Source: a virus (taxonomy: Duplodnaviria; Caudoviricetes). Taken from it: a DNA stretch of 28,509 nt. Both the position numbers and the translations under genes were made by a program. The notes under the pieces are model-generated. The model did no database searches, was not told the origin of the DNA, and saw only the letters and a program-made list of their open reading frames with translations. Position 1 is the stretch's first letter. The number at the start of each line of letters is the position of its first letter. The DNA lies in IMG/VR virus record IMGVR_UViG_3300045771_000051, positions 1 to 28,509 of that record, one strand, 5' to 3'. Of this stretch, positions 15,957 to 25,195 are shown piece after piece.

Positions 15957-16602
15957 GCGGCTCCCGCAGGATCACTTCGGGGGTCATGCCACTGGCACTC
16001 GCCTGAGATGCGCTGGTCACCTTCATTCCGGGCACTTCGTTCGGATTGGGCGAAGTCAGCCGGGATGACGGATCACTCCGATAGGCCATTTCACGTTTTT
16101 CGCGCGCATCGGATTCGAGCAGTTCTGCCTGGATCAAAAGATTGCGGGCTACGTTGCGGCGTTGCTCGGCATCTCCGGCCATCTGATTGTTGAGATGCGG
16201 ATTGAACTTATCAGCTTGCGACGCAGCGGCCTGGGCGCTGCCGCTGGGCAGGCGTCCAAGTTGTTCGAGGATATCGACCAGACGCACGGGCTGGTTGGGC
16301 CTTGGCATCATCAGGATGCTGCTCACCGGCACGGCAAGCAACATCTTCGCCTCGTGCAGCGTTAGGAAAATGTCTCGACCGGTATCTGGCATCAGACGAC
16401 GCGATAGGGCAATGGCGAGCGATTCTTCGTTCTGGCCTTCCTGACTGATTAGGACATCCATCACCGCTTGTTCGAAGCGCGGCGGCATGTTATCCGTTGG
16501 GATCACCAGGGCGTGGTCTGGCCGATTGGGTATTTGCATGAAGGCAACGACACAACGCTGGTCAGTGTTCGAGATTTTTGCCACATGGCGCATCAATTCC
16601 AT
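15940..16602 (-). CDS. conserved-looking myophage hypothetical protein (220 aa)
   Basis: ORF with RBS-like AGAGA upstream, in an operon under the TAAATA at 16864. Confidence 0.8.
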   Translation of the reverse strand: MELMRHVAKISNTDQRCVVAFMQIPNRPDHALVIPTDNMPPRFEQAVMDVLISQEGQNEESLAIALSRRLMPDTGRDIFLTLHEAKMLLAVPVSSILMMPRPNQPVRLVDILEQLGRLPSGSAQAAASQADKFNPHLNNQMAGDAEQRRNVARNLLIQAELLESDAREKREMAYRSDPSSRLTSPNPNEVPGMKVTSASQASASGMTPEVILREPHDTSI

Positions 16603-16615
16603 TCTCTTGTTCTCC

Positions 16616-16831
16616 TTACGCAGTCACAGGCGTCGGTGTTTCGCTCTCGGCTTTCGCCTTTGCTGTCGCTTCGGCTTCGATGACAGCGGTGGCGAAGGCA
16701 TTGAGTCGATCGCGCACGATTAAGATTTGGCGAATGTTCTCCCATCCGCGATAGGCTCCGCCATCGGCGGCATAGTCGATAATCTTGACGGCATCAGCAA
16801 TGTCCGATGCGGTTAATGTGGGATCAGCCAT
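16616..16831 (-). CDS. small myophage hypothetical protein (71 aa)
   Basis: RBS GGAG; 'LT.SDI...VKIIDYA..GAY' pattern. Confidence 0.75.
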   Translation of the reverse strand: MADPTLTASDIADAVKIIDYAADGGAYRGWENIRQILIVRDRLNAFATAVIEAEATAKAKAESETPTPVTA

Positions 16832-16863
16832 AATAGCTCCGAGTAAAATGGTGTTACAGGGAG

Positions 16864-16870
16864 TATTTAT
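16864..16870 (-). promoter_or_regulatory. late promoter box ATAAATA
   Basis: 32 nt upstream of ATG 16831, with an RBS in between. Confidence 0.6.
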
Positions 16871-16943
16871 GTCTGGGTGACACCTCGAATTTTTCCGGTA
16901 TTAGGTAGCAAATGCCACCAGTGAGTAATCGCTCATTCGTGGG

Positions 16944-17993
16944 TCAGTATTTTTTAAAGCATTCCAAATGCAGACCGCTGGCGGAATACCGGAGATCGGC
17001 GCTGGATAGACAGCCGCCCTTGCCGCTTCCGGTGTCGAGGAACACCGCGTGGCCGCCCAGTTTACCCGTGATCATCATCGGCAACGGGGCCAGTTTTGTG
17101 TGCCCCACGATGACGGTCTGCCCGGCCGGGATATGATCGGTCCAGCGATGGGTCCGTTGATAGTTGCCGCTCATCTGATCGCCTTCGCCATAAAGCGCGT
17201 AACGCTCGATGGCTTGATCGTCTGGCGCGGTCCAATAGCTCGGATGAACGGCGGCATGGGCCAGGGTAAACGTGTCGATTTGCTCGATCAGACTGCTCCG
17301 GGCTAACAATGCACGGAACTGTCCGGCCCATATCGAGCGCGCCGGACCGGACAGGCGCTCGTAGGCCGTGGTGGTGACCTTGTTACCGGCTGAAAGACGT
17401 AACGGGTGGCGGCCGTCCTGACTGAGCCAGCGCGCGATTTTGCGCTCATGATTGGCCAGAATCATCCCGGCGCCCCCCTGCATCACCGCGTCGTGCACCA
17501 GGACCATCGCTTCGAGCGATCGACTGCCATGATCGATCACATCGCCCAAAAACCAAATGAAATGCTGTCGCGCCACCCCCCAATCGAGCGCCTGTTGGAG
17601 CACTTCGGAATCGCCATGCACGTCGCCGATCACGGTGATGCCTTGCCATTGTGGCCGATAACTTTCTGGCTTGGGCGTGCGCTGGATCGCACCGAAGGCG
17701 CAGGTATCGAGCCGATGCACAAACGCGCCCTGGTTGCGGGCGGCCAGATCAAGCTGGGTTTGTTGCAATAAACTCAGTTGACCGGGCGAAATCACCACTC
17801 GTTCGCCGAGGCTGAGCTTCAACAACACCCGATGCTTCAATTCGTTGAAGACAATCGTCGCCAATTCCGGCCGCCGCGCCCGGCCGGTCAAGTCGGCCGC
17901 CACCGCATGCATATCGACACATTCATGCGGATCGAACGGGATAAAGTCATTGCAGAAGATGAGATTGTGCAGAGGGAATGCAGGGATCGTCAT
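16944..17993 (-). CDS. Pnkp/PrpE-like metallophosphatase with degenerate N-terminal kinase-like region
   Basis: GDVHG, LGDVIDHG, ANHE, AHAA, ALYG, VGHT, LDTG..GG.L. The N-terminal part lacks a P-loop. Confidence 0.85.
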   Translation of the reverse strand: MTIPAFPLHNLIFCNDFIPFDPHECVDMHAVAADLTGRARRPELATIVFNELKHRVLLKLSLGERVVISPGQLSLLQQTQLDLAARNQGAFVHRLDTCAFGAIQRTPKPESYRPQWQGITVIGDVHGDSEVLQQALDWGVARQHFIWFLGDVIDHGSRSLEAMVLVHDAVMQGGAGMILANHERKIARWLSQDGRHPLRLSAGNKVTTTAYERLSGPARSIWAGQFRALLARSSLIEQIDTFTLAHAAVHPSYWTAPDDQAIERYALYGEGDQMSGNYQRTHRWTDHIPAGQTVIVGHTKLAPLPMMITGKLGGHAVFLDTGSGKGGCLSSADLRYSASGLHLECFKKY

Positions 17994-18004
17994 TTATCAG
18001 CGCC

Positions 18005-18022
18005 TAAATATGATGGTATTTA
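18005..18022. promoter_or_regulatory. face-to-face TAAATA boxes for thyX (+, 18005-18010) and the phosphatase (-, 18017-18022)
   Basis: ctaaata-tgatgg-tatttaa in a 36-bp divergent intergenic gap. Confidence 0.55.
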
Positions 18023-18029
18023 ACTAGGT

Positions 18030-18989
18030 GTGACGATGACGTTTCAGTCTGAAATTTTGAATGATCCGCATTACGTGCCGCTGCTGGATCATGGGTTCGT
18101 TGGTCTGGTCGATAGTCTCGGTGGAGACCATTCGATTACCAGGGCAGCGCGAGTGTCTTATGGCACCGGCACCAAATCAGTGAGTTCGGATCGGGGGTTG
18201 ATTCGGTATCTTTTGCGAATGGGCCACAGTTCGCCGCTAGAAATGTGCGAATTTGTGTTTTGCATAAAATTGCCGATTTTCGTGATGCGTCAGGTAATTC
18301 GGCATCGAACGATGTCAACCAACGAGCATAGTGGACGTTATAGTGTGATGCCGGACGAGTTCTATCTGCCCGATCCGAATGAAATTCAGCCACAGTCTGC
18401 TACCAACCGCCAGGGACGGGCTGGGGCGATCGATGACGTCTCGAAGGACGGGGTGACGTGGCTGATGCAGGAAGCCGCTGAGCATGCCTTCCAGGCTTAC
18501 CACGTGCTGCTGGGCGAGCGAGCGGGCGGTGATGATGAACACTTCGATCCATATGCCTCGGACCAACCGCTGTTGACCGGGGACTTCTCCGGCATCTCGC
18601 GCGAGTTGGCGCGCACTGTGCTGCCGGTGTCGGGGTATACCGAGGCCTACATTAAAATGAATTTATGGAACCTGTTCAGGTTCTTGCGTCTGCGTATGGA
18701 CAACCATGCGCAATATGAAATTCGCGTGTATGCGGACGCCATGTATGAGTTGATCAAGCCGATCGTGCCGCTGGCCTGCGAGGCGTTCGAGGATTACATT
18801 TTGCAATCCAAGACACTCTCGCGCATGGACCAAGCACTCCTCGGCCATGTCATGCGCGAGGTGTTGCCCATCCAGTCTATTGAGACCTGGATTGCCCAGG
18901 TTGATCGCGACGCCATTGCCGACCGTTTTGGCATGAGCCGACGCGAAGTTGTTGAATTCGCCGCATGGCTGATCGCGGCCAGTGCCTAG
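18030..18989 (+). CDS. thyX: flavin-dependent thymidylate synthase
   Basis: AARVSY, GHSSPLE, ThyX motif RHR-X7-S (RHRTMSTNEHSGRY), ELARTVLP, LRMDNHAQYEIR. Confidence 0.97.
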   Translation: MTMTFQSEILNDPHYVPLLDHGFVGLVDSLGGDHSITRAARVSYGTGTKSVSSDRGLIRYLLRMGHSSPLEMCEFVFCIKLPIFVMRQVIRHRTMSTNEHSGRYSVMPDEFYLPDPNEIQPQSATNRQGRAGAIDDVSKDGVTWLMQEAAEHAFQAYHVLLGERAGGDDEHFDPYASDQPLLTGDFSGISRELARTVLPVSGYTEAYIKMNLWNLFRFLRLRMDNHAQYEIRVYADAMYELIKPIVPLACEAFEDYILQSKTLSRMDQALLGHVMREVLPIQSIETWIAQVDRDAIADRFGMSRREVVEFAAWLIAASA

Positions 18990-19210
18990 GCACCGGCCAA
19001 TTCGCGCATCGTCCGCACCGGCAATCTCAGCGTCTTGCACAGCGATGTCAGGTTGTTGGCCCGTGGGCGGACGGTGCCATGTTCCCAGTGATAGATTGAC
19101 ATGCGAGACACGCCGACCTTTTCGGCAACCCAGCCGACCGTCAGCTTGCGCTGTAGTCGAGCCGTTTTGATTTCGCCGTGAAAGGTCGGCTTCTTGATGC
19201 GACGGGCCAT
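18986..19210 (-). CDS. XRE-family HTH regulator
   Basis: 'IKTARLQRKLTVGWVAEKVGVSRMSIYHWEHG..RP'; RBS AGGAG before ATG 19210. Confidence 0.9.
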   Translation of the reverse strand: MARRIKKPTFHGEIKTARLQRKLTVGWVAEKVGVSRMSIYHWEHGTVRPRANNLTSLCKTLRLPVRTMRELAGA

Positions 19211-19302
19211 AAGCAACTCCTGTTAAGTTTGACAATGAACTCCCTATCAAGTTTCAAAAGTGATTGCAAGTACCAATTTGTTAACGGTAATCCAGGCCGA
19301 TC

Positions 19303-19917
19303 TCAGGAGATTAATGCGTCGATCTCCGGGTTGGAAACAAATCTATCTGGCTCATCGCCGAACCGGTCCCAGCCATGGCGGGCCTCGCGACTGAACACTT
19401 CGGCATAGGGTCCATCCCATAACGCCTCGGCATATTCGAAGATAATGTCCGGCTTGCGGGAGTGTTCCCGTACCGGGGCGATGAACAGATTGCGCACGTT
19501 TTTGACTTTTTGTTTGGGTTTGCCGCGCGTGCCGACCAGAATGAACTCTGCCGCACTGCGGAAAATATAACCGGTTCCAAACGCCCACTTGGCGCCGGTC
19601 GAACTGCGTTTGGCCCAAGTCGCCATCGTTTTGAACGTGTAGCCCCATGCCTGCAAGGTTTCCAGCGCCTCCGGTATCATTGGCGCCGTTCCCCAGAGCA
19701 GCAGGGCGCAGCCTTCTGGATCGGCCAATTCCGCGATCGGCAACTGTTTGATCGCCGCGAGGTCCATACATTGGTAGTGGTTCTGGGGCGATTTATGCAA
19801 TCCTTTCGACGACCATGCTTGCCATCGCCAGGGCGGATCGATCACGAGAACCTTATAATGATGGCGTTTCAGGTCGCCTAACGGCCAAGACGGATCGACA
19901 TTATCCAGGTTTGACAT
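19303..19917 (-). CDS. MT-A70 family adenine methyltransferase
   Basis: IDPPW, LLLWGT, AWGYTF, GTGY.FR..AEF.LVG.RG, REHSRKP, EVFSR. Confidence 0.93.
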   Translation of the reverse strand: MSNLDNVDPSWPLGDLKRHHYKVLVIDPPWRWQAWSSKGLHKSPQNHYQCMDLAAIKQLPIAELADPEGCALLLWGTAPMIPEALETLQAWGYTFKTMATWAKRSSTGAKWAFGTGYIFRSAAEFILVGTRGKPKQKVKNVRNLFIAPVREHSRKPDIIFEYAEALWDGPYAEVFSREARHGWDRFGDEPDRFVSNPEIDALIS

Positions 19918-20027
19918 GGATTTATTCTCAATGAAGTTCGGTTTGATTTATGCGTCTCGGGAACGAACTCCCGCATCGTTGAAGAATGCTTTAATGTCAA
20001 CGCATTCGCTCTGAATTGCCCAGCACG

Positions 20028-20056
20028 TTTACATTGCCAGTGCGCTACGGTATGCT
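20028..20056 (+). promoter_or_regulatory. candidate sigma70-type promoter TTTACA-N17-TATGCT
   Basis: Boxes 30 nt upstream of the ORF at 20087. Confidence 0.4.
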
Positions 20057-20086
20057 GGGAAAGGTGATATAAGACGGGGCAGAAGG

Positions 20087-20503
20087 ATGGAAGATGCAAT
20101 TGACGGTTTTGTGATCAGGACTTTGTTTCAGCCGGTAGCCGACCGGTTGGCGCCGCGCATTTCCACGTTCAACATTGCGCGATTTTTCTGTGATGGGATG
20201 CTTGTTTTCATCATGGTCATGGTGGCGCATGGACTGTGGCATCGGTGTTCCGAGATGCTGCTGCGGTTGCTCTCCTGTGGCATCGGCATTTTGATTTATC
20301 GGCTGGCGTTGTGGTTGGCGGAGATCGAATGGACGTACCGCAGTCTCCATCAGGGGCGCCGATTCTTTCTCGCCATGCGTCTTTTGGCGCTTTGCGGCTT
20401 GGGGGTCTGCGCGGTGCGGCTGGACCTGTCCGGTGTGATGGGGGTGTCACTACTGGTCTGCTCGGCGTATTTCAGCAGTTGTGCCTTGCGCCAACCCGCC
20501 TGA
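20087..20503 (+). CDS. small multi-pass membrane protein (138 aa)
   Basis: About four hydrophobic segments; purine-rich RBS; promoter candidate upstream. Confidence 0.65.
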   Translation: MEDAIDGFVIRTLFQPVADRLAPRISTFNIARFFCDGMLVFIMVMVAHGLWHRCSEMLLRLLSCGIGILIYRLALWLAEIEWTYRSLHQGRRFFLAMRLLALCGLGVCAVRLDLSGVMGVSLLVCSAYFSSCALRQPA

Positions 20504-20864
20504 CGATCGACACGCCAAAAAACCGCACGCAGGGCACGGTTCCGAAAAACACAATTCGCGGTTTTACCAACCGCAGGGAATCTGCTTGGCCATAGTCCGA
20601 TGTCAGCAATCTAGTTTTCGATCAACGGGATGATTCTGCTTATCCGTAACGGGGCATTAGACCGTTCGAGCGTGACTAAATCTAGCAATTCTTGATATTT
20701 TCATCCGCTGCTTTGCTCCTGTGCGCCATTACGTTATGCCGTAGCATCGACTTCGGTAGCGGTTGCAAAACATTGAAGTAGAAATACGAGAATTCCTTTT
20801 CAACATGTGTCTATGTATGCGGCCGATTGGATTCGCCGCGCATAACGATCCCGCTCCTGGCGTC

Positions 20865-20870
20865 TAAATA
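20865..20870 (+). promoter_or_regulatory. late promoter box TAAATA
   Basis: Followed by RBS GGAG and GTG 20891. Confidence 0.65.
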
Positions 20871-20890
20871 GCCAAAATGGAGTTGCGCGG

Positions 20891-23194
20891 GTGTCGTATC
20901 AAATCACACTGACCAATGGCTATGTCTTGACGACTATCCCGGACGATGCGGTTGACACGACCACGTCTTTATCGCTGGTCGGCCATCTCTATCCTGGCTA
21001 CGGCACCATCATCGCCAACAATTTTGTGCGGCTGTTGGAGAACGCGGCCAATCAGATGGCGCCACCCTCGCCGCTCACCGGGCAGCTTTGGTACGATTCC
21101 ACCCATCATTTGATGATGGTTTGGAATGGCAGTGTTTGGTATTCGGTGACCGCCGTGACCTCGGTGCTGGGCAATTCCGGTGATGTGACCTTGGCCCAGA
21201 TGATCGCGGGCGGGCTAGCCCCGCTCAACGCGCCGGTCTTCGTCGGGGTACCCACGGCGCCGACAGCCAATGTCGGCACCTCCAATAATCAGATTGCCAC
21301 GACGGCCTTTGTCGTCAATCAGGTCGGCCAGCTTATCGCGGGTGTGGCTTCGGTGATTGGATTGTCCGGGAATATCACCCTGGCGCAATTGACCACCGCA
21401 GGACTGGCACCCTTAAGTTCGCCGAATTTTGTCGGCCTCCCGACCGGTCCCACGGCGGCCATAGGAACTGCGACCACCCAGCTTGCCACCACGGCATTCG
21501 TTTCCAACAAACTGCAAAGCTTTATCACGTCACTGAGCGGCAATGCGGCGGATTGGGACGCCTCGGTGGCTGTCGGCCAAGCGGTGTATTTCAACACCAC
21601 GACAATGACCTATCAACTCGCCTCGGCGACGGACGATACGAAGGCCCCGGTCGGCCTGCGGGGTGCCAATAACCAATTGATCTCTGAGGGCGAACCCTAT
21701 CCGGCAGGCGCGACGGTGTTTGTCCAAGGCGCCCATTATTATGTCGATCCGCTTAACCCCGGCAATCTGGTGGTGATCGCCAACAATGCCCATGTGGGCT
21801 TTGCCACGGACACGGCCACCCTGCTGGTCTACGATCTGCCGTATTTGAATCTCACCGCTGCCACGGCCGCCACGGTCTATTCTGCGGTATCCGATGCGAC
21901 GTTTTCGCTGGCACGGAACGATCAGCTTCCGGATTCGAAGATATACCGATTTCGGGCTTCGAATATTGCTGGGACTCCGGCGCTCGCGCTGTCTTTGGTG
22001 AACGATCTCGGCACCATCTCGACGGATGTCTTGCGGATTTCGCGTGCCGGGGTCAATTCGGTCACCGTTGATCTTCTCACACCGAGTGTGCGGGTGATCG
22101 GCGGCAATTTGCAAATCGGGCAAGGGACAAATAATGCCAGCTATCTTTACTTCATCAATAATACTGGCGCGATTACCGGCAGTATCTCCCAGCTAAGCTC
22201 GCAAATCAGTTTTTCCGCAACCCAAGCGGGTACGTCTCCGATGACCTTATCGGCGCTGGGCAATCTGACGATCCCTGGTCAGGCTTTTGCCAGCACCGCC
22301 GCGCTGCTGGCTAATAATACCCAATTGGCGACGACCGCGTTTGTTTACAGTGCGACGCGCATCCGGTGCACAGCCAATCTGGTGCTTTACGTTAGTCCAA
22401 CGGGTAATGACGCGACCGGCACGGGCAGCACGACCTTGCCGTTTGCGACTATGCAATATGCCTATAATCTTGGTCAAAACCTGTATGACGGGGCCGGGTA
22501 TACATTCACCATCTATCTGATGCCCGGCACGCATACAAGCCCGCTCACGATGTATGGCCCGCTGACCGGGTTTCAGAGTGGACTCAATCTGACCTCGCAA
22601 AGCGGCAGCTACGCCAATACCATTGTTTCGGTGACTAATGTCAATGCCATTTCCGTTGTTTGGGCGGCTGTGCTCTCGGTGAGCAATTTCACCGTTCAGG
22701 CTCCGGTCGGCACGACCAGTCTTGTCAAGCAAACTGGCACTGGCTTATACCTTTCTAATGGCGGACTTTGCTCAATCGGGCCTGGAATGAATTTCGGTTC
22801 CTGTGGTTCGTTTCACATTCTATTGCAGGCTGCCGCTAGTTTTGGATGCATTTCGCCCTACACGATCTCAGGAGGGGCAGGACTGGGCCATGTGGCCGCT
22901 GCCGAGACAAGCACGGCCTCATTCAATGGGTACGGTGCTTCTCCGGCTGGAATGACCGTCACCTTGATCGGCAATCCCGGTTTTGCAACAGCGGGATGGG
23001 GGTTCGCGACTTCACTCAGTAGCAGCTATGTTCAGTTTTTGGGCATCACCTGGGTGGGAACGGCTACCGGATTAAAGTTCGTCGTCGGCAATGGTGGCTA
23101 TCTCGGCGTAAATGGGGCTGGTCTGAACTATCTTCCCGGTAGTCTCGCGGGGACCGGCAATGCTCTGGTCTATGGCGGTGGCTATTACGGCTAA
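20891..23194 (+). CDS. tail fibre / receptor-binding protein (767 aa)
   Basis: N-terminal 'SLSLVG..YPGYG..IANNFVRLLEN...P..GQLWYD' attachment-type module; 'APL.SP.F.G.PTAPT...T...QLATTAFV' fibre repeats; 'LYVSPTGNDATG.G....PFAT' leading into a beta-helix-like C-terminus. Confidence 0.9.
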   Translation: MSYQITLTNGYVLTTIPDDAVDTTTSLSLVGHLYPGYGTIIANNFVRLLENAANQMAPPSPLTGQLWYDSTHHLMMVWNGSVWYSVTAVTSVLGNSGDVTLAQMIAGGLAPLNAPVFVGVPTAPTANVGTSNNQIATTAFVVNQVGQLIAGVASVIGLSGNITLAQLTTAGLAPLSSPNFVGLPTGPTAAIGTATTQLATTAFVSNKLQSFITSLSGNAADWDASVAVGQAVYFNTTTMTYQLASATDDTKAPVGLRGANNQLISEGEPYPAGATVFVQGAHYYVDPLNPGNLVVIANNAHVGFATDTATLLVYDLPYLNLTAATAATVYSAVSDATFSLARNDQLPDSKIYRFRASNIAGTPALALSLVNDLGTISTDVLRISRAGVNSVTVDLLTPSVRVIGGNLQIGQGTNNASYLYFINNTGAITGSISQLSSQISFSATQAGTSPMTLSALGNLTIPGQAFASTAALLANNTQLATTAFVYSATRIRCTANLVLYVSPTGNDATGTGSTTLPFATMQYAYNLGQNLYDGAGYTFTIYLMPGTHTSPLTMYGPLTGFQSGLNLTSQSGSYANTIVSVTNVNAISVVWAAVLSVSNFTVQAPVGTTSLVKQTGTGLYLSNGGLCSIGPGMNFGSCGSFHILLQAAASFGCISPYTISGGAGLGHVAAAETSTASFNGYGASPAGMTVTLIGNPGFATAGWGFATSLSSSYVQFLGITWVGTATGLKFVVGNGGYLGVNGAGLNYLPGSLAGTGNALVYGGGYYG
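21155..21502 (+). repeat. two diverged fibre repeat units at 63-aa (189-bp) spacing; a third partial unit near 22313-22345
   Basis: VTSVLGNSGDVTLAQ...QIATTAFV and VASVIGLSGNITLAQ...QLATTAFV. Confidence 0.8.
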
Positions 23195-23235
23195 ATCATC
23201 TTCGATACTCAACCGAATTTTGGATCAATAGACCT

Positions 23236-23745
23236 ATGACATTTTTTAACGTCGCTGATTGGTACTGGAGTGTTACTGGATTCAAGCAGGTGTGGAGCAG
23301 TGCGACGATGGCTTATGTTGAGCAGACAGCACCCGCCTATCGGACGTGGAGCGCGAACGGCTACTTCCCGACGGTGATTGCCAGTCCCGCAGACTTATTC
23401 CTGGTTCTCTTGCAAGATATTCAGCCAAGGATCATGGCCCAAGGCGTGACCTTGCAATGTTATGGTTCCCCCCACCTCGCCGGAACCTACACGCTGAACG
23501 ACCAAGCGACCAATCTGATCGGCAATATCAATGGCAATATCGTCGCCGGACGACCATTGCCGGGCGGTGGGACGACGTTCAATTTCACCGATGCCAAGGG
23601 CGTGCAGTATTCCTTTACCGCTCTCCAGTTTGAGAATTTTGCGACTGCCTGCGCGAACTATGCCTATAGCTGGCAACAGGCGTTGATCACTAATCTGAAT
23701 GGCGGCAACACGCTGTATCCATCGACCGCCATAACGATCCCGTGA
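23236..23745 (+). CDS. tail-fibre-associated protein (assembly chaperone; DUF4376-like C-terminus)
   Basis: Directly follows the fibre gene; 'FTDAKG..YSFTA.QF..FA.A.ANY' pattern. Confidence 0.72.
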   Translation: MTFFNVADWYWSVTGFKQVWSSATMAYVEQTAPAYRTWSANGYFPTVIASPADLFLVLLQDIQPRIMAQGVTLQCYGSPHLAGTYTLNDQATNLIGNINGNIVAGRPLPGGGTTFNFTDAKGVQYSFTALQFENFATACANYAYSWQQALITNLNGGNTLYPSTAITIP

Positions 23746-23755
23746 CCGAGACGGG

Positions 23756-24067
23756 ATGGTCACCCCTAAACAGATGAGGCTCCAGCATTGGTCACGGTTC
23801 AACATTGGACGACAAGAGGTTTTCATCGCAATAGTGGAGCGCTTGCGCCCGCTTGATACCTACCCAAAGTCGCTGGTCTGGTTGAATGACCCAGCCAACG
23901 CGCTTCGTCCACCGGATGAATTTGCCGCCCAATATCCGATGTTTGCCGAAGCATGCGCCTTCGTTCGCAGTATCGTGACGCCGCAATGCGTCCTTGATCT
24001 CAAACCAGCAAACTTGATGCGACGCGGGCGTGACATCGTAATTGCCGATCCGCTTCGGCCTGCCTGA
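23756..24067 (+). pseudogene. C-lobe fragment of a Ser/Thr-kinase-like protein
   Basis: 'AIVERLRPL...LDLKPANLMRRG..IVIADP' gives a catalytic loop and a DFG-equivalent. No Gly-loop or VAIK Lys. Confidence 0.55.
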
Positions 24068-24098
24068 AGCCATCCCGACGATGGAATTCATCAGTCCA

Positions 24099-24152
24099 AC
24101 CTGCACTAACCGGATAGGCAGAATGATTAATCTGCCTACCTGTTAGAACACC
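24099..24152. repeat. two head-to-head copies of the CTAAC-core repeat forming an imperfect hairpin
   Basis: ctaac-cgga-taggcaga-atgattaa-tctgccta-cct-gttag. 24106-24130 is a 25/25 inverted match to 27961-27985. Confidence 0.85.
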
Positions 24153-24167
24153 TATACCCCTGTTTGT

Positions 24168-24175
24168 CATAAATA
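24168..24175 (+). promoter_or_regulatory. late promoter CATAAATA
   Basis: TAAATA-cgac-ATG(24180). Confidence 0.65.
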
Positions 24176-24179
24176 CGAC

Positions 24180-24821
24180 ATGCTAATGCGTGACATCATC
24201 GAGGCAACGTATTATCGCGGCAGCCGATCCGACCCGGAACACACCAAACGACCATCGCTGTCGTTTACCGATGATCCCGACGTGGCTTCCGTGTATGCGG
24301 CTGATCCAAAATCCAAAGCCTATGTGACAGGCTCACGTGTCACGCGCGCCGATTTTGATTTGCAAAATCCAGTCGATCTATCAGGCTCTGACATGATCAG
24401 TTTGGAGGATGCTTTATATGCTGCTGGGATTGCCGATGCGACTGAACACGTCCAAGAAACTCGTAATTTGATCTATGCGCTTTACCTGATGAACGATCGA
24501 GATGTGCCTTTTCATTTTCGGTTTCCACCGGGGATGAATATTGATTTTTGGGAAGAACTACGAACGTCAGTCCGCCGTGCGGTGGCGCGCGAGGACTGGG
24601 AGACGTTTTCACACATACTTCAACACACTGAGGTAGATGTATATGCGATTGCTGATACCAAAGCCTATACGAAGATCGCTCAGGCAACTGGTCATGATGG
24701 TATCATCTATCATGATAGTTCCACGGGTGCCAGTAAGATGGCGCCTGACCTTATCGGCAAGTCGATCAACGCTAAACATCTGACCTATCGTCCGTTTGGA
24801 CCGGTGAAATGGGGCATTTAG
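24180..24821 (+). CDS. ADP-ribosyltransferase-fold protein (polyvalent-protein ART-like), probable virion-packaged
   Basis: YYRGS...SLSFTDDPDVASVYA...L.NP.DL...GHDGIIY.D; N-terminus MLMRDIIEA. Confidence 0.6.
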   Translation: MLMRDIIEATYYRGSRSDPEHTKRPSLSFTDDPDVASVYAADPKSKAYVTGSRVTRADFDLQNPVDLSGSDMISLEDALYAAGIADATEHVQETRNLIYALYLMNDRDVPFHFRFPPGMNIDFWEELRTSVRRAVAREDWETFSHILQHTEVDVYAIADTKAYTKIAQATGHDGIIYHDSSTGASKMAPDLIGKSINAKHLTYRPFGPVKWGI

Positions 24822-25020
24822 TGGGGACGTGGGTGGGATCAGGCCGCAGAGCCGAATGAGCGTCATAATCGACAACGCAGTAGCGACATGAACGTATCAA
24901 ACGCAAATTTGGCGGCTCAGAAGTTTTGACCGGACCTAATCCTTTTTTACCGCAGGATGGACATATGCCCATTTTCACGCGCTCAAAGAAGGCCCGCGAT
25001 GGGTTTCTTTTAATGCTCAT
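24772..25020 (-). CDS. small zinc-ribbon protein (CPSC...CRYC)
   Basis: RBS-like AAGG before ATG 25020; two CxxC pairs. The tail overlaps the convergent ART gene by 50 nt, so the 3' part is doubtful. Confidence 0.4.
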   Translation of the reverse strand: MSIKRNPSRAFFERVKMGICPSCGKKGLGPVKTSEPPNLRLIRSCRYCVVDYDAHSALRPDPTHVPTKCPISPVQTDDRSDV

Positions 25021-25195
25021 ACCTTTATGCTCCTGCCGGTCGAACACCGGCAACCAGTTCATCATACGTGATAGTCGCCCGATTCACCGCGCGACGCAAC
25101 AAAAAAATAATCAAGATGCCCGATGGCTACCCCTTACAAAGTGATTGTCGAATGGTGATGTTAAGCCAGAGTGGGGCGATGATTACCCCCCCGCC

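Noticed and set aside
20504-20864. 360-bp intergenic gap as a second ncRNA
   Set aside because: Only one weak hairpin near 20816-20844 and no evident promoter/terminator frame.
20891-23745. Diversity-generating retroelement or invertible tail-fibre cassette
   Set aside because: No reverse transcriptase, no TR/VR pair, no invertase or alternative fibre tips in the window.
23752-24077. 8-bp inverted repeat cgggatgg/ccatcccg around the kinase remnant
   Set aside because: Too short to exceed chance and no TSD.
24104-24148. Canonical integron attC
   Set aside because: About 45 bp, shorter than known attC sites, imperfect RYYYAAC/GTTRRRY and no integrase here; kept only as an analogy.
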